Source: an uncultured Clostridia bacterium
Lineage (GTDB): Bacteria > Bacillota > Clostridia > TANB77 > CAG-508
NCBI GenBank assembly: GCA_944392105.1
Contig: CALXVM010000008.1
Coordinates: 2,148 to 66,147, forward strand
Direction: 5' to 3'
DNA length: 64,000 bases
Shown here: positions 46,764-55,446 of the stretch, one piece after another
Numbering within the stretch: the first letter of the stretch is position 1
Layout: the number at the start of each line of letters is the position of its first letter
The notes under the pieces: generated by a model
Told to the model about the DNA's origin: nothing
The model's database searches: none
The model's input: the letters and a program-made list of their open reading frames with translations, nothing else
Translations under genes and position numbers: made by a program

Positions 46764-48014
46764 TTATTGCAATTCATAGTTCCATTCTTCTTCTGTTTGG
46801 TCATCTATTTTATGTATACTATCTTCTGTGACATTAGATTTTAGAATAACTACGGGGCGCACCGCAAAGCCGTAGTTGTACTCGCCGCCGTCCGAGAGGA
46901 ACTGGCCGTAACCGCGCACAACGGTATCACCGCCATCCGAATGCACAAAGCGAACACAGAAGTGAGCATAACTCGAGCCAGCAACCACGCAGCGTGAAGC
47001 GAGCCAGTACGCCTTTCCGCTTCTGTACTCAACATTGTCAAAAAGTAAATTATATAATCTCTGGTCTGTAGCTGTTGTTAAAGCTGGGTTATTAGCCATG
47101 TATCCATAATAATCACTTGTTTTACTAAAATTACTCTTTGTTCCTGCTAAGTAGTCTTCTGGACTTGCATATTGGTTTGTATATGAATAAGTCTGTCCAT
47201 AATGCCCACTTTCGTCTAAACTTGGTTTTCCTGTTTCATCTACTGTAACTCCTACTACTTGGTTTACGTCTTCTATTGTTACGCTTCTTGCTGTTTGTGC
47301 CAAGTCATTTTTATATAATGCACATATGTTGTTTAATTCTGTCTCTGCATTTATATATCCTTTAGCACCATTTAAAAAATAATATGGAACTTCTGGATAT
47401 GAAGAATTTGACTCCCTTTTCATTGGGCTTCCTGCTATTAGTTTTATTCCTCCTGTTGCTTCATCTTTTCCTAATACCCTCCATGTTAATTGGTTATTTG
47501 CTACATTAAATATTTGGTCTGAGTCTCCTCCATCTGTTATTAAATCTTCCATCCCTGTTTTACTTCCCAAACTTGTGTAGCTTCCACTTGTTGGATTTTG
47601 GTAGTTTACATAGTCTCCTATTTTTAACTCTCCTGCATCATATAATTCTACTAATGTTCTTGCTGTGTTAAATGTTATTGTTCTGCTTCCTATTGTTACA
47701 CTTCCTGTTTCTTTTATTTGTGCTTTTTCTTCTGCTGTTATTTGTTTTTGACTTTCTAAACTATCTAATAGCTCATCTAAACTTTGCGAACTTCCTCCTA
47801 CATATTCTGTTAATGATTTATCTAATTCCCACATGTCTCTTGCTTCTTCTACTGCTGCCCCTCTTGTTTCTTCTTTTGCCTCTTTTGCTTTTGTTACTAC
47901 TCCATTTTCACTAAATACTAGACTTATTGTTATTCCTGCTAGTATTAGCAATACCACAATAGTAACAACTAGTGCTATTAGCGTTATTCCTCTTTTTCCT
48001 CTTACTCTTTTCAT
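46764..48014 (-). CDS. Pilin-like N-terminus / DUF1566-like C-type-lectin-fold protein with G+C-rich C-terminal patch (element-borne)
   Basis: ATG 48014 with RBS AAGGAGGTG is preferred over the track start 48074. MKRVRGKRG then ITLIALVVTIVVLLILAGITISLVFSENG. C-terminal YWLASRCVVAGSSYAHFCVRFVHSDGG...YGFAVRPVV resembles the DUF1566/Lcl-type fold end. Confidence 0.8.
   Translation of the reverse strand: MKRVRGKRGITLIALVVTIVVLLILAGITISLVFSENGVVTKAKEAKEETRGAAVEEARDMWELDKSLTEYVGGSSQSLDELLDSLESQKQITAEEKAQIKETGSVTIGSRTITFNTARTLVELYDAGELKIGDYVNYQNPTSGSYTSLGSKTGMEDLITDGGDSDQIFNVANNQLTWRVLGKDEATGGIKLIAGSPMKRESNSSYPEVPYYFLNGAKGYINAETELNNICALYKNDLAQTARSVTIEDVNQVVGVTVDETGKPSLDESGHYGQTYSYTNQYASPEDYLAGTKSNFSKTSDYYGYMANNPALTTATDQRLYNLLFDNVEYRSGKAYWLASRCVVAGSSYAHFCVRFVHSDGGDTVVRGYGQFLSDGGEYNYGFAVRPVVILKSNVTEDSIHKIDDQTEEEWNYELQ
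46853..47030 (-). other. G+C-rich patch (DGR-type variable region candidate, VR3)
   Basis: The coding strand reads TAC TGG CTC GCT TCA CGC TGC GTG GTT GCT GGC TCG ... GGC TTT GCG GTG CGC CCC GTA. It is adenine-poor and G+C-rich inside an AT-rich gene. Inverted repeat CTACGG-N14-CCGTAG at its 3' boundary (46851-46876). Confidence 0.55.
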
Positions 48015-48181
48015 TTTTCTTGCACCTCCTTTCGCCTTTTCTTCTTTTATTTGCTTATTTTTCTCTTCTTCCATTTTTTACTTTCTCCCCCCTCTCTTTT
48101 TTGGCACGCAAAAATGACAGGCTATTTTTTATATCATTAATAAAGGCTTTTTCGCCCTTTCTTATTTCTCTAAAACTATTC

Positions 48182-48203
48182 GTGTGTGTGTGTGTGTGTG
48201 TGT
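48182..48203. repeat. (GT)11 dinucleotide microsatellite
   Basis: Counted directly. It lies ~170 nt upstream of the 48014 start, between the mob and variable-protein genes. Confidence 0.95.
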
Positions 48204-48323
48204 ACTCCCCCAACGGTTCTAGCCCCTGTCATCTTTGCGTGCTCCTTTTCTATTTTTTCGTTTGTACTTCTTTATCTTATCATTTACTTTTACTTTTTGC
48301 AATATGTTTTTATTATATTTCTC

Positions 48324-49277
48324 TTACTTCTGAAAATATTTTGTAAAATTATCTACTAATCTTTTAAATCTGTCTAAAGGAAAATCAAAAAGATGTTTTA
48401 CAACTTCAAAGGTCTTTTCAATATAATTTTTTAGTTTACTATTTTCTTTTTTTAATTCTTCGTTTTCTTGCTTTAGCATATAATTTTCTTTTTCTAGTTT
48501 TTCTACTCTATTAATTGCCATATATGATTTACTTAGTTGTTCTTTAAGTTTATTTGTATGTTTAATTAGTTCGTTATTTTGTTTTAATATTAATTCTGGA
48601 TTTTTAGTATTAATTGGCTGTATTTTTTCTTGTGTTATTTCATATTTTATATTTTCATAATTTGTTATTTGTTTTAGTGTTTCTATATTCAAATGTTTAC
48701 TATCACTTGTTTTGCCTCTTTCTAAATTAAAACCATGTTCGATAATGTATTTATAAAAATTATCTTGTAGCTCCCTATAACTATCTTTTCCTTTCCAATA
48801 TTCACTACAGGCAATTTTATCTATTTGTTTTCCTGTTTTTTTATCTTTTTTATGTATGACTGGTATAAATGTTAGATGCATATGGGGTGTAGTTTCATCC
48901 ATGTGTACTTTTGCAGAGAGTATGTATTTTTCTCCTAAGTTTTTATAGTTTGAAACAAAGTCATATGCTGTTTGAAAATATCTTTTTGTTTCTTCTTCTC
49001 CAATTTCTTTGAAATAGTCTTTATCAGATGTAATTATTAATTCACATGCAACATTAGTTGTCTTTATTATTCTTCCTTGTAAATTATTTTCCTTTTGTAA
49101 TATTTTTATTGCATTTAAATATGTAGTATTACATTGTTTTATTGAGTAATTTTTAAATGAATTATTTTTATTAATGTCTTTATTTGAATAATTGGTATTT
49201 TTTCTTTCGTTATGTTTATATAGTCCTGCTAGATTATCTTTTTTGTAATTTGCATTTCTTATAATTGCATAACTCAT
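48324..49277 (-). CDS. MobV-family (Mob/Pre) relaxase
   Basis: N-terminal MSYAIIRNANYKK...HNERK and the HxDExxPHxH motif (HMDETTPHMHLTFIPV). C-terminal coiled coil. Confidence 0.88.
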   Translation of the reverse strand: MSYAIIRNANYKKDNLAGLYKHNERKNTNYSNKDINKNNSFKNYSIKQCNTTYLNAIKILQKENNLQGRIIKTTNVACELIITSDKDYFKEIGEEETKRYFQTAYDFVSNYKNLGEKYILSAKVHMDETTPHMHLTFIPVIHKKDKKTGKQIDKIACSEYWKGKDSYRELQDNFYKYIIEHGFNLERGKTSDSKHLNIETLKQITNYENIKYEITQEKIQPINTKNPELILKQNNELIKHTNKLKEQLSKSYMAINRVEKLEKENYMLKQENEELKKENSKLKNYIEKTFEVVKHLFDFPLDRFKRLVDNFTKYFQK

Positions 49278-49279
49278 TT

Positions 49280-49356
49280 TTTATTATTCCTTTTTATATA
49301 AGATAGCCTTCGTAAGCTTAACAAAAATAAAATACCTCCTTTGATTTTTACTAAAC
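49280..49356 (-). repeat. 77-bp mob-upstream block (oriT/promoter-like), copy adjacent to mob
   Basis: Direct repeat of 46088-46164. It sits immediately 5' of the relaxase ATG. Confidence 0.8.
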
Positions 49357-49739
49357 TGCTTTATTTTTTATTTAACTCTTTTTAATTTTTACTAATTTAT
49401 TTTAATTTTTTATATTAAAACAACTAACTCAACAGTTAGAGCTTAAAGCGTTGAAATAGGTTTATGTAGTCTGTTCAGCCCAACCAACGGAAAATAGCGA
49501 CTTTCATGAAATTGAAAGTTGTTATTTTTTTATAATGTCAAACAAATTCGTTAGTTTCTACAATTTTATGATTAATAGTTATAGTATTGTTTATAAAATC
49601 AAATGCAGACCATTTTAAACTTAAAAATTCACTTCTTCTTCCCCCATAAAAACTAAATAGAAAATAATATTTATAATTTGTAGTAAAATCCAAAAAACAA
49701 TGTTATAATAATAATAGCTTTTTTTGAAAGGGTGATAAA

Positions 49740-50141
49740 ATGGATAATATAAATTTAATGAAATACTGGATAAATAGTAGTGATGAAGATTATGATGCAA
49801 TGCAAGTAATGTATAAAAATAAAAAGAATACATGGACTTTGTTTTTAGGGCATTTAGTTATAGAAAAGTTATTAAAAGGATTATATGCAAAGAAAAATGA
49901 AGAAAATCCATATACAATAAAATCTCATAATTTATTAGCATTGGCTGAAAAATGTAATTTAGATTTAACAGATGAGCAAGTCGAAAAATTACAAATAATC
50001 ACTCAATTTAATATAAGTGCAAGATATGATGATTACAAAGAAAATTTTAAGCAAAAATGCACAGACAAATATACTTCAGAGCAAGTAAAAAATATTGAGG
50101 AGGTAAGAAAATGGTTAAAAGAACTATTGACAGTAGAATAA
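49740..50141 (+). CDS. HEPN domain protein (toxin-like partner of MNT)
   Basis: HEPN-type helices with KSHNLLALAEK and ISARYDDY. The stop overlaps the next start (TAATG). Confidence 0.75.
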   Translation: MDNINLMKYWINSSDEDYDAMQVMYKNKKNTWTLFLGHLVIEKLLKGLYAKKNEENPYTIKSHNLLALAEKCNLDLTDEQVEKLQIITQFNISARYDDYKENFKQKCTDKYTSEQVKNIEEVRKWLKELLTVE

Positions 50142-50431
50142 TGGAGTCAATAAAAAAATATATAGAAAAAATAAGTCAGTATTATAAAATAGAAGCAATA
50201 ATATTATTTGGCTCTTATGCAAAAGGAACGGAAAATGAAGATAGCGACATAGATATAGCAATTATTTCAAGCGATTTTAGTGATATTATTGAAGATGGCG
50301 CAAAACTAATCGGATTAACTTGGAAAATAGATACTAGAATAGAGCCACATCCAATAACAACAGAGGATTATCAAAAAATTTCAAATCCATTTGTAAGGGA
50401 AGTTATAGACACGGGAATAAAAGTAGCATAA
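50141..50431 (+). CDS. Minimal nucleotidyltransferase (MNT, antitoxin-like partner of HEPN)
   Basis: LFGSYAKGTENEDSDIDIAI, which is the GSx10DxD nucleotidyltransferase motif. Confidence 0.8.
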   Translation: MESIKKYIEKISQYYKIEAIILFGSYAKGTENEDSDIDIAIISSDFSDIIEDGAKLIGLTWKIDTRIEPHPITTEDYQKISNPFVREVIDTGIKVA

Positions 50432-50546
50432 AGTAAAATTAGAGATCCATATCTTAAACAAACAAATCCCCAGTTCTTAATAAGAACTGGGGATTTGTTG
50501 TTGCACTGTGACAATCTAGTATTCTTAGTTGTGTGCTCTATTTTCT

Positions 50547-51251
50547 TTATACTTCCTCTGCCCAAATTATCAATCTACCAGATACATCGTCTGTACATGT
50601 TGAAAGTGATATTTCTCTTTTACCATTTGTGTCTCTTACTGCATAAGAGAAATCGTTAGCATCTGTTATGTATTTTTTAGTAACTTTATATTCAACTCTT
50701 CTATTGCTTAAGTCTGTTATATAAATTTTATCTCCTATTGAAAGCTTATCATTATCTGCGAAAAATCTACCATCCCTAAAGTTGTGACCTATAATAACAT
50801 TGTTACCAACTTCGTTTAATCCAGGTCCATACAAGAAACCAACTGCTACTTGTATTGTATCTACTGTTGCTTCTAATATTGGATACTCTAAGTCTATTTT
50901 AGGTATTTCTATTTTACCATTAACAGCATAGCCTTTATATGTTAGTTGTTGGTTGGTAGAAGTGCTCCCTCCAGTTGTATTATTAGGAACTACTTCATTT
51001 ACAGGAACATTTATTATGTTTGTGTTAGTTCCTCCTGGTAATGTACCAGTACCTGTGCCAACTTCATCGTTTAAGTATTCATCTAGTTGTCCTAATATTT
51101 CGTCACTTTCTGAAGTTTCTTGGCTCTTTTTATAATAATCTATTCCCATGTATACTAATAATCCAATAATTCCAAGTATAACTATTACTAATATTACTGT
51201 TAATACTTTGTTATATTTACTATTTCTTAACATAATTACACCTCTTTCCAA
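50547..51251 (-). CDS. Sortase (cysteine transpeptidase)
   Basis: N-terminal TM anchor, catalytic His in VIIGHN, Cys in ISLSTCT, and Arg in GRLIIWAE. Confidence 0.85.
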   Translation of the reverse strand: MERGVIMLRNSKYNKVLTVILVIVILGIIGLLVYMGIDYYKKSQETSESDEILGQLDEYLNDEVGTGTGTLPGGTNTNIINVPVNEVVPNNTTGGSTSTNQQLTYKGYAVNGKIEIPKIDLEYPILEATVDTIQVAVGFLYGPGLNEVGNNVIIGHNFRDGRFFADNDKLSIGDKIYITDLSNRRVEYKVTKKYITDANDFSYAVRDTNGKREISLSTCTDDVSGRLIIWAEEV

Positions 51252-51532
51252 ATATTTGAGATATATAAAAATGATTAATTTTAATTTCTATTTTAATAAA
51301 TTTACTTACATAATTAATTATAACATATTTTTATTTATTTTTCTACATAATACTTGGTATTTCTCTATAGTTTCTTTGAAACAATATATTCTTATATAAT
51401 AATGGCTTTATTATATAATTATTTTTTCGTCTTCTACAGTTTTATTATTATTATGCTTAATTTAATTATTATTGCTTCTTTTAATATTTTTTTAATTATT
51501 TTGTATTGCATTAAATTTCTTTATAAAATAAT

Positions 51533-51895
51533 TTAGCAAATTTTTGTGCCAAGCTTTTTACCTGCAATAATATGGAAATGTATGTGCATTACCTCTTGTC
51601 CTCCGTTTTCTCCACAATTTGCAATTACTCTAAAGCCATCCTTGTCTATATTTTGCTCTTTTGCAATTTTATTAATAGCCTTAAAAATTTCTGCAATTAA
51701 GTAGCTATCTTCATCTTTAACATTTATTATTTTGTCTATATGTTTTTTTGGGATAACTAAAATATGAACAGGAGCTACTGGATTTATATCCTTAAATGCA
51801 AGCACATTTTCATCTTCATATACTTTTTCAGATGGTATTTTTCCCGCTATAATGTTACAAAATACACAATCTTCCATATTAAAACATCCTTTCAC
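51533..51895 (-). CDS. HIT family (histidine triad) protein
   Basis: HIHFHII triad. The start is probably the internal MEDCVFCNI. Confidence 0.9.
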   Translation of the reverse strand: MKGCFNMEDCVFCNIIAGKIPSEKVYEDENVLAFKDINPVAPVHILVIPKKHIDKIINVKDEDSYLIAEIFKAINKIAKEQNIDKDGFRVIANCGENGGQEVMHIHFHIIAGKKLGTKIC

Positions 51896-51948
51896 TTTAT
51901 TTTTAATTATTTAACATTTTATTAGCTAAACTATTTTATATATCTTTC

Positions 51949-53703
51949 TTACTCTAAAATAGCTTTTATTCTTCTTACACCTGCTGAGCTTGATTCTTCT
52001 TTTAATATTTTAAACTTACCTAACTCACCTGTATGTTTTACATGAGGTCCACCGCAAATTTCTTTACTAAAGTCTCCTATAGTATAAACTTTTACCTTCT
52101 CTCCATATTTGTTTTCAAATAATCCAGTTGCTCCTGCTTTTTTAGCTTCTTCAACAGTCATTTCTTCACATGTTACAGGTAAATCTTCTTTAATTTTTTC
52201 ATTTACTATATCTTCTACTTGTTGCAACTGCTCTTTTGTCATCTTTTCTGGATGTGAAAAGTCAAATCTTAGTCTTTCTGTTGTTATATTTGAGCCTTTT
52301 TGTTTTGCGTGGTCTCCCAAAACAATCTGTAATGCTTTATGTAGTAAGTGTGTAGCTGTATGATACTTTATAGTTTGCTCATTTTGGTCTGCTAATCCTC
52401 CCTTGAATTTTTGCTCACTACCCATCCTAGATTTATCTTGATGCTCTTTAAATAATTTGTCGAATTCTGTCATGTCTATCTTAAATCCTTGCTCTTCTGC
52501 TAAATCTGATGTAATTTCTGGTGGAAATCCATAAGTCTCATACAATTTAAAAATAGTTTGACCATCTATTGTATCTTTATTTTCTTGTTTTAGCCTTTGA
52601 ATAGCTTTTTCAAACTCTTTTTCTCCATGTGACAATGTTTTTACAAACTTATCTTTTTCTTCTAAAATAACTTGCTTAATTGTATCTCTATTTTTGTCTA
52701 GCTCTGGGTACATTTCTTTTAAAATGTCAATATCTAGCTCTATTAATTCACCAAGCTCGTCAAGGCTTATTTGTAATTTATTTAAGTGTCTTGTCATCCT
52801 TCTTATTAATCTTCTTAAAATATATCCTCTGTCTATATTGCTTGGTCTACCGCCATCAGATATTATCATCATACTAGAACGTAAATGTTCCGCAATAATT
52901 CTCCTACTTTTTATGTCATCAACTTTTTGCAAACTCTCTAGTTTTTCCATTACTGGTGCAAATAATTCTGTGTCGAACGGTGTTGTTTTTCCTTGAAGTA
53001 AAAATGTTATTCTCTCTAGCCCCATTCCTGTATCTACGTTTTGTTGCTTTAATTTAGAGTATTTTCCATCTTTAGATTTATAATATTCCATAAAAACGTT
53101 ATTCCAAATTTCGACATATTTTCCGCAATCACATGATGGTTGGCAGTTTTCAGAGCATGGCTCTTTACCAGTATCATAAAACATCTCTGTATCTGGTCCA
53201 CATGGTCCGTCTTCTCCTGCTATCCACCAGTTATCATCTTTTCCATAAAAATAAATTCTTTCGTCTGGTATACCAGCTTTTCTCCAACACTCAGCTGTAA
53301 CCTCATCTCTTGGAGCATCCTCATCTCCTGCAAAACAAGTTACAGAAATTTTATCTGCTGGAATTCCAAGCTCTTTAGTTAAAAACTCAAAACTCATACT
53401 TACAGCTTCTTCTTTGAAGTAATCTCCTAAAGACCAGTTTCCTAACATTTCAAAATATGTTAAGTGCCTGTTATCCCCAACCTCTTCTATATCATTAGTA
53501 CGCACACACTTTTGATAATCTGTAAGCCTTTTGCCTGCTGGGTGCTTTTCGCCTAAAAGATATGGAACTAGTGGTTGCATACCAGCTGTTGTAAACAATA
53601 CAGATGGATCATTTTCTGGAATTAATGGTGCACTTGGAATAACTGCATGTCCATGTTTTTTAAAAAAATTTAAATATTTGTTTCTTATTTCTATTGCTTT
53701 CAT
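51949..53703 (-). CDS. alaS: Alanine--tRNA ligase, short form (catalytic + tRNA-recognition + editing domains, no C-Ala domain)
   Basis: N-terminus FTTAGMQPL, WSLGDYFK. Editing-site HTATHLLH ... CGGPHV. Only 584 aa, against ~870 aa for typical bacterial AlaRS. Confidence 0.85.
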   Translation of the reverse strand: MKAIEIRNKYLNFFKKHGHAVIPSAPLIPENDPSVLFTTAGMQPLVPYLLGEKHPAGKRLTDYQKCVRTNDIEEVGDNRHLTYFEMLGNWSLGDYFKEEAVSMSFEFLTKELGIPADKISVTCFAGDEDAPRDEVTAECWRKAGIPDERIYFYGKDDNWWIAGEDGPCGPDTEMFYDTGKEPCSENCQPSCDCGKYVEIWNNVFMEYYKSKDGKYSKLKQQNVDTGMGLERITFLLQGKTTPFDTELFAPVMEKLESLQKVDDIKSRRIIAEHLRSSMMIISDGGRPSNIDRGYILRRLIRRMTRHLNKLQISLDELGELIELDIDILKEMYPELDKNRDTIKQVILEEKDKFVKTLSHGEKEFEKAIQRLKQENKDTIDGQTIFKLYETYGFPPEITSDLAEEQGFKIDMTEFDKLFKEHQDKSRMGSEQKFKGGLADQNEQTIKYHTATHLLHKALQIVLGDHAKQKGSNITTERLRFDFSHPEKMTKEQLQQVEDIVNEKIKEDLPVTCEEMTVEEAKKAGATGLFENKYGEKVKVYTIGDFSKEICGGPHVKHTGELGKFKILKEESSSAGVRRIKAILE

Positions 53704-53840
53704 TATTTCGCCCTTTCTAAAGTATAATTATTTGAAGCTCTACTTCCTGTAGAACTTTTCTTGCTTTATATATAATTTTTTCTTTATAACTATGTAAAAT
53801 TATATAATATAACTGCCTATAAATCAATACATTAGGCAAA

Positions 53841-53881
53841 AAATAACAGTACCAAAATATAAAATATTTGTACTGTTATTT
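53841..53881 (-). terminator. 12-bp stem hairpin ending the variable-gene 4 transcript
   Basis: AAATAACAGTAC (53841-53852) pairs with GTACTGTTATTT (53870-53881). Confidence 0.55.
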
Positions 53882-53891
53882 TATTTATATT

Positions 53892-54033
53892 CTACACCGT
53901 CAAAATACTCGACCTCTTATTTTGCGTTTTGAGACGTTTTGTCCGACTTTCGAATGATTTACATAGGTTGTGCCGATTTAGGCGGTATTTGTGCCTATTA
54001 TGTGCGTTTTAGAGGCATATTTTGTGGTCACAT
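53892..54033 (-). other. Conserved 3' UTR element (copy 3 of 3)
   Basis: Aligns with 25581-25721 along its whole length. Confidence 0.55.
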
Positions 54034-55446
54034 CTAAATTGTGGCTAAGACCGGACGGAACGAGACGCTGCTGTTGCTAACGCCATAGTAACACTCGAAA
54101 TAGAACACGCCAGCACTAGAACCACCGCCGAAATAGGCTCCGCGATAGAAGAAAGGAAGGCTCGTGTGAGGAAAGCTAGAGGAATCGCTGTACCACGATG
54201 TTGCTCCGCTACCGCTTGTGCTCGTTTCGTACACCGCGTCTCCATACACTCCTGCGTTTGCGTTATAATTATTTGTTTGATTTTCTGAGCTTGCTTTACT
54301 ATACACGTTCTTCGTCTTTGGATCTCCATTTACTAAGCTTTTTCCATAGCTTGTTAAATTGCCATTTCCGTTATCTACATACGCTGCTACATATTCCCAT
54401 GCTCCTCCGCTCATATCGTATACTCCCCAGACGTTTCCGGTTGTACTTTGTGCTCCATTATTTACATATGTGTTTCCACTTCCTCCTCCGGTATAATATG
54501 AACTATTGCTATTTATTGTTACTTCATCGTTTTTTCCATATTTACTTCTACTTAAATATGCTACTGCTCCCCACTCGTCATTTTTCATCATATGACTATT
54601 TAATGTCTTATTATAATTTAGACAGTTTGTATATATGCTATCTACTGTTATACTTCTCCAACTCTGTACTCCTGGCTGTACCATTATTTTTCCATTACTA
54701 TTACTTGCTTCAAATTTTGCTACCCATATTCCACTTACTGGTTGTCCATAGTTAAATGCTGGGTGTATTACATATCCATTTGGAAATTGTGTATAATTTG
54801 TTGTTGTACTATCATTATATTCTACTATTGTTTGTCCTGTTGCTGTTTCGTTACTCGTTCCTTTCATAAATTCTATGCTTATTTCTGTTGCTGTACTTGT
54901 ATGGTATCCTGTACTTGGAATATTATATGCATATCTTGGTATCCACACCCACATACTTCCATCTGTAGTTTTTGCATTTGCCCATTTCTTTGCTGAATAA
55001 TCATACCAATCTGAGTCACTTCCGTCCGTTTCTACCCAATCTCCTGCTCCGCCATTTGCTGTTTCGTCCCATTTTATTGCTGTCATTCCTTCTCCTAAGT
55101 TTGGCGTATTTACTCCTTTTGACTCGCTATAACTCCCATCGCTTGGTAATTCTGGCTCAGGTTCCGGTGTTGTACTTCCTCCACCTATTCCATTTAACAT
55201 ATTTTCCATTGCAGCTGTTACATCATTCATTTGTGTTTGTTCATTTATTACTGCTTCTTTTGTTTTATCTGCTGCCTCTCTTGCTTTTGCTATTATTCCA
55301 TTTTCACTAAACACTAAGCTTATTGTTATTCCTGCTAGTATTAAAAGTACTACAATCGTTACAACTAGTGCTATTAGTGTTATACCTTGTGTTTTTTTAC
55401 AATATGCTTTTCTATTATCTTTTTGTAATAAAAACGTTTTCTCCAT
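54034..55446 (-). CDS. Pilin-like N-terminus / C-type-lectin-fold (FGE-sulfatase-like) surface protein with hypervariable C-terminus, paralog 4
   Basis: ATG 55446 with RBS GGGAGG. Leader MEKTFLLQKDNRKAYCKKTQG, then ITLIALVVTIVVLLILAGITISLVF. C-terminal GVYDMSGGAWEYV ... PFFYRGAYFGGGSSAGVFYF ... SFRPVLATI. Confidence 0.8.
   Translation of the reverse strand: MEKTFLLQKDNRKAYCKKTQGITLIALVVTIVVLLILAGITISLVFSENGIIAKAREAADKTKEAVINEQTQMNDVTAAMENMLNGIGGGSTTPEPEPELPSDGSYSESKGVNTPNLGEGMTAIKWDETANGGAGDWVETDGSDSDWYDYSAKKWANAKTTDGSMWVWIPRYAYNIPSTGYHTSTATEISIEFMKGTSNETATGQTIVEYNDSTTTNYTQFPNGYVIHPAFNYGQPVSGIWVAKFEASNSNGKIMVQPGVQSWRSITVDSIYTNCLNYNKTLNSHMMKNDEWGAVAYLSRSKYGKNDEVTINSNSSYYTGGGSGNTYVNNGAQSTTGNVWGVYDMSGGAWEYVAAYVDNGNGNLTSYGKSLVNGDPKTKNVYSKASSENQTNNYNANAGVYGDAVYETSTSGSGATSWYSDSSSFPHTSLPFFYRGAYFGGGSSAGVFYFECYYGVSNSSVSFRPVLATI
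54037..54245 (-). other. G+C-rich hypervariable patch (DGR-type variable region candidate, VR4)
   Basis: Same scaffold codons as VR1 and VR2, with variable NNY codons. A weaker stop-spanning hairpin at 54026-46. Confidence 0.6.

Larger units (their letters stand above)
39971..49488. mobile_element. Integrative mobilizable element inserted in the 3' end of tRNA-Gln(UUG)
   Basis: The 13-bp core CAGCCCAACCAAC occurs at 39971-39983 (tRNA 3' end, attL) and again at 49476-49488 (attR), with partial similarity further left. A tyrosine integrase lies next to attL and a MobV relaxase next to attR. There are no phage structural or conjugation genes. Confidence 0.75.

Noticed and set aside
39971-49488. 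Considered whether the island is a prophage.
   Set aside because: It has no capsid, tail, terminase or lysis genes. The integrase plus MobV relaxase content fits an integrative mobilizable element.
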